The position numbers were made by a program, and so were the translations under genes. Shown here in pieces: positions 49,954-61,024 of a DNA stretch of 64,000 nt. The DNA lies in the NCBI RefSeq assembly GCF_030028105.1, contig NC_092378.1:99561731-99625730 (forward strand), in the 5' to 3' direction. Position 1 is the stretch's first letter. Each line of letters opens with the position of its first letter. The notes beneath the pieces were generated by a model, which worked only from the letters and a program-made list of their open reading frames with translations, was not told where the DNA came from and ran no database searches. Source of the stretch: Mobula birostris. Taxonomy: Eukaryota.

Positions 49954-50655
49954 ACACACATCAAAGTTGCTGGTGAACGCAGCAGGCCAGGCAGCATCTC
50001 TAGGAAGAGGTGCAGTCAACGTTTCAGGCCGAGACCCTTCGTCAGGACTAACTGAAGGAAGAGTGAGTAAGGGATTTGAAAGTGGGAGGGGGAGGGGGAG
50101 ATCCAAAATGATAGGAGAAGACAGGAGGGGGAGGGATGGAGCCAAGAGCTGGACAGGTGATTGTCAAAAGGGAGATGAGAGGATCATGGGACAGGAGGCC
50201 CAGGGAGAAAGAAAAGGGGGAGGGGGGGAAAGCCCAGAGGATGGGCAAGGGGTATAGTCAGAGGGACAGAGGGAGAAAAAGGAGAGAGAGAGAGAGAGAG
50301 AGAGAAAAAGAATGTATGCATATAAATAAATAAATAACGGATGGGGTATGAGGGGGAGGTGGGGCATTAGCGGAAGTTTGAGAAGTCAATGTTCATGCCA
50401 TCAGGTTGCCAATCACCTGTCCAGCTCTTGGCTCCATCCCTCCCCCTCCTGTCTTCTCCTATCATTTCGGATCTCCCCCTCCCCCTCCCACTTTCAAATC
50501 TCTGACTAACTCTTCTTTCAGTTAGTCCTGACGAAGGGTCTCGGCCCGAAACGTCAACTGTACCTCTTCCTAGAGATGCTGCCTGGTCTGCTGCGTTCAC
50601 CAGCAACTTTTATGTCTGTTGCTTGAAATTCCAGCTTCTGCAGATTTCCTCATGT
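49954..50655. mobile_element. Palindromic PLE-derived element (two inverted pLTRs) with 13-bp TSD
   Basis: Left arm - strand 49954-50405, right arm + strand 50407-50655; hammerhead cores at ~50014-50050 (-) and 50523-50560 (+); TSD ttgattaggagta at 49941-49953 and 50656-50668. Confidence 0.88.
50523..50560 (+). ncRNA. Minimal hammerhead ribozyme motif
   Basis: tagtc CTGACGA a gggt ctcg gccc GAAA c GTC aactg. Confidence 0.6.
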
Positions 50656-51036
50656 TTGATTAGGAGTAGTCAGCTTGTCTTTGTGCTTAGAAGACCAAGA
50701 AAGATGATGAAGGCAGGAGGGTAGACTTAAGTAAGGACTTCAGTAAAGCTTTTGATAAAGTTCTACAGGGCAGGCTTCATTGGAAGGTTAGCTCTGCAAG
50801 AGATTCAGGGAGATCTAGCTAATTGTATACACAATTGGCTTGATGGTAGAAAGCAGATGGTAAGGAGAGAACGTTGTTTCTCTGGCTGGAGGTCGGTGGC
50901 TGGTGGTGTGCCCCAGAAGTCAGTGTTGGCCCTTTGTTGTTTGTCATCTATATCAACAATTGGGATAGTAATGCACAAGGCATGGTTAGTGAATTTGCAG
51001 ATGACATTAAAATAGGTGGTGCAGTGGACAATGAAG

Positions 51037-51936
51037 TGTCATAAAGGCGCATTGGGAGCAGATCCAAATGCAAGACACAGACACTGAAGTACTAGGAACA
51101 GATCAAGGTTTATCAAGAAAGCAAGGGGAGTCAAGAGGAAACGATGCTGGACATGGGCACAGGCCCTGGACAAGACAAGGACACTGGGCCTGGGCTAGGA
51201 CTAAGACTAGGAACGCGGGACCAGGACAAGGAGCTAGGAACTAGGAGCCTGGGCTAGGACTCTGAGCGAGAGACTGGACAGGGACCCGGAACCTGGGTCT
51301 TGACTCGGGCTCAGACCCTGGATCTTGGCAAGGACAAGACGTGGCTACAGGACTGGACGTGGAACTCCTGCACAGGACGAGGCACACGGACAGGACAAGA
51401 ACACAAAGCCTTGACTTGGACAGGACGAGGTTCTTGGACTTGGCTTGGACTAGACGAGGGAACAGGACGAGGGAACTCCTGAGCTGGGCGAGGAATCTCC
51501 TGGGCTGGGCGAGGAACTCCAGCACAGGACACGGCTGTAGGACAAGGTTTGGCTTGGTTCTTGGACTAGGCTTTATTAGGCTCTTGGGTAGGGAGCCGGG
51601 ACTCCTTCTTGGTGCGCAGGGCCGGGACCCTCCTCGGACACAGAGCCGGGACCCTTTCTAGGACGCAGGGCTGGGATGACTGCTGAGGATACTTGCCGAG
51701 GTGACTGCCGAGGTAAACTGCCGAGTAACTGTCGGGGATTTGGATGGGGAGGGGAAGGAAACAGTCCAGCTGGGAATCCTTGGTTTGCAGAGGTATTTAT
51801 GTGCCAGCCTAAAACGAGAATCAGGTGCCTCAAATAAGGCATCCAATGGAACAAGCGGAAACAGGAAAACCCAGAATAAGGATCGGTGAACTGGACTGTG
51901 AACCGGAATGTGGATTTCACGGACTGGACCATGACA
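51037..51936 (-). repeat. 3' LTR (900 bp)
   Basis: tgtcat...atgaca termini; preceded on the - strand by the G-rich PPT (51941-51967); collinear with 52114-53414. Confidence 0.88.
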
Positions 51937-52113
51937 GTAACCCGCCCCCGCGCCCCCCCCCCCCCCCATGGGACCCTCCTGATGACTGAACCGGGTCTCC
52001 AGGACTAAGGACGACATAGGCGGGTGGGAGGTATTCAACAGGAGGGAACCTAGGATGTCGAGAGTTAAATGACAGTGCCTGTGTTGCTGGCTCCATGTAT
52101 GATTGGGCTGTTC

Positions 52114-53414
52114 TGTCATACCATGGATGTTGATGGTGGATGCAAGACACAGACACTGAAGTACATGTTTGTACTTGGAACAGGACAAGGTTTATCAAGA
52201 AAGCAAGGGGAGTCAGGAAGAAATGACGCTGGACATGGACACAGGCCCTGGATGAGATAAGGACACCAGGCCTGGGTGAGGACTAAGACTAGGAAAGTGG
52301 GACCAGGACAAGGAACTAGGAACTAGGAGCCTGGGCTAGGACTCTGAGCCAGCAACTGTACAGGGACTCGGATCTGGGGTTTGACTTGGGCTCGGACCCC
52401 GGATCTAGGCGAGGACAAGATGTGTCTACAGGACTGTACGTGGAACTCCTGCACAGGACAAGTCACATGGACAGGATGAGAACACAAAGCCTTGACTTGG
52501 ACAGGATGAGGTTCTTGGACTGGGCTTAGACAAGACGAAGTTCTAGGACTTGGCTTGGACAAAACGAGGTTCTAGAATGTGGCTTGGACAAGACGAGGTT
52601 CTAGGATGTGGCTTGGACAAGATGAATTTCTTGAACGTGGCTTGGACTAGACAAGGTTCTAGGACGTGGCTTGGACAAGATGAGTTTCTTGAACGTGGCT
52701 TGGACAAGATGAGGTTCTTGGATGTGGCTTGGACAAGATGAGTTTCTTGAACGTGGCTTGGACAAGATGAGGTTCTTGGATGTGGCTTGGACAAGGTGGG
52801 GTTCTTGAACGTGGCTTGGACAAGATGAGGTTCTTGGATGTGGCTTGAACTAGACGAGGTTCTTGGACGTGGCTTGGACAAGATGAGGGACTCCTGGACT
52901 AGACAAGAGAATCCCGGACAGGACAAGAGAATCCAGCACAGGACGAGGGAACTCCAGCACAGGACGAGGAGTCTCCAGCACAGGGCTGGGCGAGGAACTC
53001 CTGGGCTGGGCGAGAAAATCCAGCACAGGACGTGGCTCTAGGACAAGGTTTGGCTCGGTTCTTGGACTCGGCTTGATTAGGCTCTTGGGTAGGGAGCTGG
53101 GACTCCTACTTGGAAGTGCAGGGCCGGGACCCTCCTAGGACGCAGGGCCGGGAACCTTTCTAGGGCGCAGGGCCAGGATGACTGCTGAGGATACTTGCCG
53201 AGGTGAACTGCCGAGGTAACTGTCAGGGATTCAGATGGAGAGGGGAAGGGAACAGCCCAGCTGGGAATCCTTGGTTTGCAGAGGTATTTATGTGTCAGTC
53301 CAAAACGAGAATTAAAGCACTCAATAGAACAAGGGAAAACAGGAAAACCCGGAATAAGGATCAATGAACCGGACCGTGAACCGGAATGCAGATTTCACGG
53401 ACCAGACCATGACA
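52114..53414 (-). repeat. 5' LTR (1301 bp)
   Basis: tgtcat...atgaca termini; TATA-like ATAAATA on the - strand at 53291-53285; longer than the 3' LTR because of a tandem expansion. Confidence 0.88.
52490..52890. repeat. 29-bp tandem array within the 5' LTR (gtggcttggacaagatgaggttcttggat), about 13-14 units
   Basis: Unit starts at e.g. 52695 and 52724; only ~2 units at the equivalent place in the 3' LTR (~51412-51460). Confidence 0.88.
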
Positions 53415-54579
53415 GGAAGAAGGTTATCAAAGACAACAGGGAGATTGTGATCAGCTGAATTGGTGGGGCAAGGGATAGCAAATGGAGTTTAATTTGGATA
53501 AATGCGAGGTGCTGCATTTTGGAAAGTCAAATCCCAGTAGGACTACACTGTGAATGCCAGGGCAAGAAGTGTTATAGAACAGAGGGACCTTGGAGTACAA
53601 GTACTTGATTCACTGAAAGTGGAGTCACAGGTAGAATAGATGAAGGCTTTTTTCGCACTGGTCTTCATAAGTCAGAACATTGAGTTTAAAAGTTGGGAGG
53701 TCATAGTGTGGCTGTATAGGGTGCTGGTGAAACCGCACTTGGAGTATGGTGTTCAGCTTTAGTCACTCTGCTATAGAATATATGTTATTAAACTAGAAAG
53801 AGTGTGGAAAAGGTTTACAAGGATGCTGCCAGGTCTTGTTTTCCTGGGACTGAGGTTTAGGACAAGTCAGTACTTTATTCCTAGGAAGATAGAAGACTGA
53901 GAGATTATCTTTTAGTGATATATAAAATTATGTGGGAATAGACAAGGTGAATGCACTCAATCTTTTTCCCTGAGTTGGCGAATCAAGACTACAGAGCACA
54001 GGTTTGTGATGAGAGTGGAAAGATTTAAGAGTAACATGAGGGGCAATCTTTTTATACAAAGGTTGATATTCATGTGGCGTCTACAGCTAGCAGAAGTGGT
54101 TCATACAATGACAAGTTTTAAAAGACAGTGGACAGTTACCTGGATTGGAAAGGTGTAAAAGATTATAGGCCAAACTCTGGCAAATAGGACTAGATTGTAG
54201 GGGGCATCTTGGTCAGAATAGCCCAGTTGGGCCAAAGGGCATGTTTCCATACTGTACATCTCTGTAACTTTATGATTCTATGACTATGTCTCTAAAATGA
54301 ACTTTTCATATGTTCTGTTAGTGTTGAAGCAAAGAGACCAATATATTAGTTTCCTCATATGTACTCCTGTAGAGTTTAAAGCCCAAGGGCACCAACTGTT
54401 CTCTTAACTACTTCCAATATCTGGTGAACTTGCATCAAACTTAAATGGATTTGTACCCACAATAGCTGATTGCTTCTGTTATCAGATGGATTTGGCATGC
54501 TTTCAACCTGCCTGGTAATTGGTGTATGAGGTGATTGCCAATGGGATGAGTGGCTGGCCATTGAAACAGTGAAAGAAGA

Positions 54580-55562
54580 AGACATCCACACTCTCCCCAT
54601 CTTCTCATTGCCTTAACAGTGATAGACTTCCTCTTGTCCTTACCTACCATCTCAACAGCCTCCGCACCCAAAACATTATCCTCTGCAACTTCCGCCATCC
54701 TACCGCTAAACGTATTTTTACCTCTCTCACCACCCCCCACCATTTTCCGTAGGGATAGCTCCCTCTGCGATTCCCTCACCCATTTTTCCCTCCCCACTAA
54801 TCTCCCTCGCGGCACTTATCCCTGCAAGCAGCTTAAGTGCCACACCTGCCCATGCACCTCCTCCCTCAGCTCCATTCAGGGCTCCAGGCAGTCCTTCCAG
54901 GTGAGGCAACACTTAACTCGTGAACCTGCTGGGGTCATCTATTGTGTCCAGTGCTCCTGATGTGGCTTCCTCTACATTGGTGAGACTCATCGCAACTTGG
55001 GGGACTGCTTCATCGAGCACCTCAGCACTGTCTGCCACCCCAGTGGGACTTCCATGTGGCCCAACATTTTAATTCCGATCCCCATTCCCATTCTGACATG
55101 TCAATCCATGGTCTCGTCTTGTGCCAAGACGAGGCCACCCTCAGAGTGAAGGAGTAACGCATTATATTCCATCTGGGTAGCCTCCAACCTGATGGTACGA
55201 ATATCAATTTCCCCTCTCCCCTTCTATTCCCCTCCCTGACCTTTTACCTACCTATATCTTCCCCTGGGTTCTCTCCTCCTTCCCTTTCTCCTATGGTCCA
55301 GTTTATTAGGATTCCTTCTTCTAAAGCTCTTGACCTTTCCCACCCACCTGGCTTCACCTATCACCTTCCAGCTAGCCTCCTTTTATTCCCCACACCTTTT
55401 TATTTTGTCATCTTGTCCCTTCCTTCTCAATACTGAAGAAGGGCCACGTTGGAAATGTTGACTGTCTATTCTTTTCCATAGATGCTGCCTGGCCTGCTGA
55501 GATCCCCCAGCATTTTGTGTGTGTTGCTCTGGATTTCCAGCATCTACAGGCTTTCTCGTGTT
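54580..55562 (+). mobile_element. 5'-truncated Penelope-like element
   Basis: GIY-YIG remnant FQVRQHLTREPAGVIYCVQCS; pLTR with degraded hammerhead (ctgaagaagggccacgttggaaatgttgactg). Confidence 0.85.
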
Positions 55563-57126
55563 TATGAGGAAAGATGTGGCTTTGGCTTTCAATTGACAAA
55601 TGTGGGTGAAAGTCAACAGTGCCAAAGAACAGCAAGGCCTTCCATGAATTTGTTTCTGCGGTGTACACTATTTTTATGTAACAGTGACAATTTGATGACT
55701 TTGTAACATTGGTAGTCAGCAATGAGATAACTGAGAATATAACTGTGCTAGAATGTGCTTTATAGAAACACAGATTACAGTTTATATAGGACCTTTCATG
55801 ATTTAAGTTGCTCCAGAATGCTTCTCAGCTAATAAAATTATGCCTTTGAATGTTGTTGCATAATGTGGAGAACTTCGCACCCACAAACATCAGTGTGATA
55901 ATAAGAAGATAATTGTTTTTTTTCTTCAGCTGAGAGATACGTATTGACCTGGAATCTATGGTTATGACAGCACAACTTTTCATAAGTGTTTAAGCTATGC
56001 TATGTTCTCTGCTTCCTTATGTGCTAGCCATGAACCTGTCTTTCACTGGCTTTAGTATTATCTTGTTTTTGTGGGGGTGAGGGGAGGTCTGGCCATCACT
56101 GGCAGAGTCAGCATTTATTTTCCATCCTTGAATGTTCTTCAGAAATGGATGGTGAGCTGCCTTCTTGAACCATTGCAGCCCATCTGGTAAATCCTTCAGC
56201 ATTCCCAGTATATAGCCCCCATGACAATGAGAAAATATGGTTCCAGTGTGTGGCTTGGCCTACCCCTGTCCTTCTCGGTGATGTAGGTCATGTGTTTGGA
56301 AGGTGCTTTCTGAGTAGCCCAGACACAGAACTGCAGTGCATTGTGTACTAGTACACACTTGCAGATATGGTTCCCCAGTGGGAGAGAGAATAGATGCTTT
56401 GAGTGGTGAATGGTGTGCCGGACAGGCTTTATCCTGAATGGTACTGAGGCTCTTGAGAGCTGTAGAGGCAGCACTCCTCCAGGAAAGTGGAAAACATTCC
56501 CCCATGTTTCTGATTTGTGCCTTGTAGATGGTGGAAGGAGGTGAGTAACTTACTGCAGGATCCCAGCCTAGCTGTAGTCTCTCTTGAGTAGAACCATATT
56601 AAGCAGCCCCATAAATGATGTGGGTCTAGACACTCTATTGCAGGGAAAGATACTTTTTTATGTGCTAGCCATGGAATTTTATCTGAAACTGAACTGTACA
56701 CCCTGTACACTTGCATGAAGTTTTCCTGATTCTCTTTCCATGAGCCATTCACACGTATCGTCTGTTGGTTACATGTAGTGACATCATCTGCTGATGAAGG
56801 GTGTATGACTTTCCTCAAAGGGTATCCGAACACTGAAGAAGCACAGGGTCCTCAAGCACTGGAGCATTTTAAGTGCCGGGTTGGGGCTTGCTCTTGTGTT
56901 AGTTGAGGTATTTCTAATTTGCAGTTCTGGGTATAAAGAGATTCAGGCAAGTTTCTTTCCATAGAATTGTAACTTATTGGAAGTTTTACTTGTTGGAAGG
57001 TTTAAACGTAATTAAAGCACCAAAACCATAAGATTGGATATGAAAGAAATCCTTCCATCCTTAATCACACATGTTAGATCTGTACCAGTCTGTCCTGGTC
57101 TCATTCCACTTCTCTTTACTCCTGAG

Positions 57127-57770
57127 TAACACACACAAAATGCTGGAGGAACTCAGCAGATTAGGTAGCATCTACGGAGAGGAAGTTTCAGACTGAGACC
57201 TTCATCGGGACGGGAAAGAAGGGGGGAAGAGGCCAGAATAAGAAAGTGGGTGGGGGAGAGGAAGGAATATGAGCTAGAAGGTGATAGGTGAAACCAGGTG
57301 AGGGGGGGAGGTAGGTGGGTGGGGGAGGGTGATGAAGTGAGAAGCTGGGAGGTGATAGGTGGAAAAGGTAAAGGGCTGAAGAAGAAACGGGGAATGGAAA
57401 AGGAGAGAGGGGGTTGGGGTGAGGGGAGAAATTACTGGAAGATGGAGAAATCAGTGTTCATGCTGTCAGATTGGAGGCTACCCAAATGGAACACAGGATG
57501 TTCTGGAGGGAGCACAAGTGCTCGACAAAGTAATTCCCCCAATCTACATCAGGTCTCACCATAGAGGAGGCTGCACCATGATCACCGGATACAGTAGATG
57601 ATCCTGACAGACTTGCAGGTGAAGTGTTGCCTCACCTGAAAGGACTGCTTGGGTCTTTGGATGGTGAAAAGGGAGGAGCTGAATGGCCAGGTGTAACACT
57701 TGTTCTGCTTGCAGGGATAAGTGCCAAGAGGGAGATTGGTGAGGAGGGACAAATGGACAAGGGAATGAGG
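57127..57770 (-). mobile_element. Truncated Penelope-like element 3' part
   Basis: acacacacaaaatgctggaggaactcagc terminus; gaagtgttgcctcacctg matches the GIY-YIG region. Confidence 0.8.
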
Positions 57771-60700
57771 GGAACCAATGTCCTGGCTGAGAGTTTTGCT
57801 GGTGCGACTTAGGAAAGTTTAAACTAGTTTGGCAGGGGGATGGGACCCAGAGCACCAGATAAGAAAGTGGAGGGACTGCGAGGAAGGTAGATGTCAGGGT
57901 CAGTAAAAACAGACAGGAGTAGGATAATAAATATGATGGGACAGATAGTTTGAAGTGTGTGAATATTTTAATGCTGGGCATATTATGGGTAAAGGTAATG
58001 AACTTGGTGAACTTGGAACATGGATCAGCACATGGAACTACAATGTTGTGGCCATTACAGAGGCTTGGTCGAGAGAATGACAGGAATGGGTGCTTAGTGT
58101 CCCAGGGGTTCGATGTTTTAGAAAAGATCAAGAAGGAGGTAAAGGGAGGGAATGTGTTGGAATTCTAATCAGGGACAATATCACAGCTGCGCATAGAGGG
58201 GACATAATGGAGGGCTTGTCCGCTAAGCCTCTATAGGTAGAACTCAAAAATGGGAAGGATGTACTCACTCTGACGGGATTGTACAACAGACCCTTCCAGT
58301 AGCTACCGGGACATTGCAGAACAGATATGCAGGCAGATAATGGAAAAGTGTGAAAGCAACAGGGTTGTTGTCATGGGGGACTTCAACTTCTCTCATATAA
58401 ACTGGGACCTTCTTACTGCAAGTGATTTAGATGGACAACACACACAAAATGCTGGAGGAACTCAGCAGGTCAAGCAGCATTAGGTGTATCCAGCAGGGTT
58501 TCTTAAATCAGTATATAGGTAGTCCAACAAGATGATGGCAATTTTGTGATAATCATGGGGGATTTTAATATGCAGGTAGATTGGGAAAATCAGGTTGGTA
58601 CTGGATCCCAAGAGAATGTCTATGAGATGGCCTTTTAGAGCAGCTTGTGATTGAGCCCACTAGGGGAAAGGCAATTCTGGATTGGGTGTTATGAACCAGA
58701 TTTGATTAGGGAGATTAAGATAAAGGAACCTTCAGGAAGCAGTGATGATAATATGATAGAATTCACCCTGCAGTTTGAGAGGGAGAAGCTAAAGACAGAT
58801 GCATTAGTATTACAGTGGAGTAAAGGGATTTACAGAGGCATGAGAGAGGAGCTGGCCAAAGTTGATTGGAAGAGGACACTAGCAGGGATGACGGCAGAAC
58901 AGTAATGACTGGAGTTTCTGGAGTCAATTCAGAAGTTGCAAGATAGAAACAACTCAAAGATAGTGAAGTTTTCTAAAGGGAGGATGAGACAACTATGGGT
59001 GGCAAGAGAAGTCAAAAACAGCATAAAAGCAAAAGTGAGGGCAAATAATATAGCAAAAATTATTTTGTAGTTAGAAAATTGGGAAGGTTTTAAAAACCAA
59101 CACAAGGCAAATAAAAAAAAACATAACGAGCAAAAAGACGAAATATGGTCAGCAAGCTAAAAGTATCAAAGAGGATACCAATTTTTTTTTCAGAAATATA
59201 AAGAGTAAAAGAAAGGTGAACCCCAATGCGAGCAGACTTTAGATGACTCTCCTAATGGTTTATACTGCTCTTCTCATCAACACAGTAATATTGCTAACGT
59301 AAGCACCCCTGGTCTAAATGTTTACTGTTTTTTTTTCTTTTTTTGGAAAATGGAGAATTAACACAAGTAAAGGAAAAGATTTGGGAAGGGGAAAAATGAT
59401 AAAATTAAGTAAATAAGTACATAGGGATTGAATAATTATGTTTGGGTGTAGGAGCAAAAATGAACAAGTTAGGATATAAACACCTACAATGGTAGTTACA
59501 CAGGCTTACATACAATATTTTGGACCAGAAAGAAATGGTCCAGAAGAGATATATGGAAATTATTATTAATCCACTATTATACTATTTTTCTTAACAGCTA
59601 ATATCATTACTTAGCCTAATAGAGTAGAATTTCAACTGCACATAATTATCTATTTAAGTGTCTAATTTCTTTTTATATCATCTCAATATGTACTTAGGAA
59701 TGTATAAATAATTATAGATTTATACATATATTAAAAAAAAGGGAAAAGGTTATACGTGTGAAAAAATTTCATGATACTTGTGAATTCCTTATCCAAATAA
59801 AAATTAAAAACTTAAAAAAAAAGAAAGGTGAGATTTGATATTGGACCGCTGGAAAATGACGCTGAAATGGAAAAATGGGGGACAAAGAAATGATGGAGTA
59901 AGTATTTCATTTCAGTTTCCACTGTGGAAGACACTAGCAGTATGCCAGAAATTCAAGAGTGTCAGAGCAAGAAGTAACTGTAGTTGCTATTACTAAGTAG
60001 GTGGTGTTTGGGAAACGGAAAGGTCTGAAGGTAGATAGGTCACCTGGACCAGATGTACTATACCCCAGGGTTCTGAAAGAGGTAGCTGAAGAAATTGTGG
60101 AGACATTAGTAATGATCTTTCAAGAATCACTAGATTATGGAATGGTTCCAGTGGACCGAAAAATTGCAAATGTCACTCCACTCTTTAAGAAGGGAGGGAG
60201 GCAGATGAAAGGAAATTATAGGTCAGTTAACATGGCTTGAGTGGTTGGGAAAATTGTTGGAGTCCATTATTAAGGAAGAGGTTTCGGGGTACTTGGAGTC
60301 ACATGACAACGCAGGCCAAAGTCAGCATGGTTTCTTTGAGGGAAAATCTTGCCTGACACATCTGTTGGAACTCTTTTGAGGAAATAACAAGCAGGGTAGA
60401 CAAAGGAGAGTCAGTGGATGTTGTGTATTTGGATTTTAAGAAGGCCTTTGACAAGGTGCTGCACAAGAGGCTGCTTAACAGGATAAGAGCCTGTGATATT
60501 ACAGGAAGTAAACTAACATGGATAGAAGATTGGCTGACTGGCAGAATGTTAAGAGTGGGAATAAAGGGGGCCTTTTTTGGTTGGCTGCCACTGACAAGTG
60601 GTTTTCGGCAGGGGCCAGTAATGCGACTGCTTCTTTTCATGTTATATGTCAATGATTTGGATGACAGAATTGATGGTTTTGTGGCCAAGTTTGCAGATGA

Positions 60701-60970
60701 TACAAAGATTGGCGGAGGAATTGGTAGTGTTGAGGATGCAGGGAGTCTGCAGAAGAACTGTACAAATTGGGAGAAGGGGCACCAAGATGTGGCAGATGCA
60801 ATATAGTGTAGGGAAGTGTTTTGTCATGCACTTTGGTAGGAGGAATAAAGGCATAAACTATTTTCTAAACAGGGTGCAAACTCAAACATCAATGGTGCAA
60901 ATGGACTTGGGAGTCCTTGTGCAGGTTTTCCCAAAGGTCGGCTAACATGTTGAGTCAGTGGTAAAGACTG
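57771..60970 (+). mobile_element. Degraded composite CR1 LINE(s) with insertions
   Basis: ORF1 end/EN remnants 57771-58530 (VMGDFN); second CR1 58540-60970 with ORFs 58651-58905, 60001-60240 (SPGPD) and 60414-60806 (YLDFKKAFDKV, FADD). Confidence 0.88.
59220..59818 (+). mobile_element. AT-rich poly(A) retro-insertion (L1/Tx1-type 3' end or retrocopied 3' UTR) with 13-bp TSD
   Basis: AATAAA 59796-59801, A-rich tail, TSD aaaagaaaggtga at 59207-59219 and 59819-59831. Confidence 0.75.
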
Positions 60971-61024
60971 CAGAACTATTGGTGAGAATCAAGAAGGTAT
61001 GGACAGGGGAGGTGGAGGAGCGCT

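Larger units (their letters stand above)
51037..53414 (-). mobile_element. Non-autonomous Gypsy (Tf1/sushi-like) LTR retroelement with 177-bp internal region
   Basis: Two TGTCAT...ATGACA-bounded LTRs; PPT, PBS and a gag-start relic (MEPA); 5-bp TSD tgaag (51032-51036) and ggaag (53415-53419) with 1 mismatch. Confidence 0.88.
49700..54290 (+). mobile_element. Degraded CR1 LINE hosting a PLE palindrome and an LTR element
   Basis: RT pieces 49700-49953 (GNYWPESLT), 50656-51036 (GGVPQ, FADD) and 53415-54290 (KCEVLHFG, VKPHLEY); tail ctttatgattctatgactatg. Confidence 0.85.

Noticed and set aside
52490-52890. CRISPR-like or repetitive protein ORFs (52543-52926 etc.)
   Set aside because: These are a 29-bp tandem repeat in an LTR; the ORFs are translation artefacts of the repeat.
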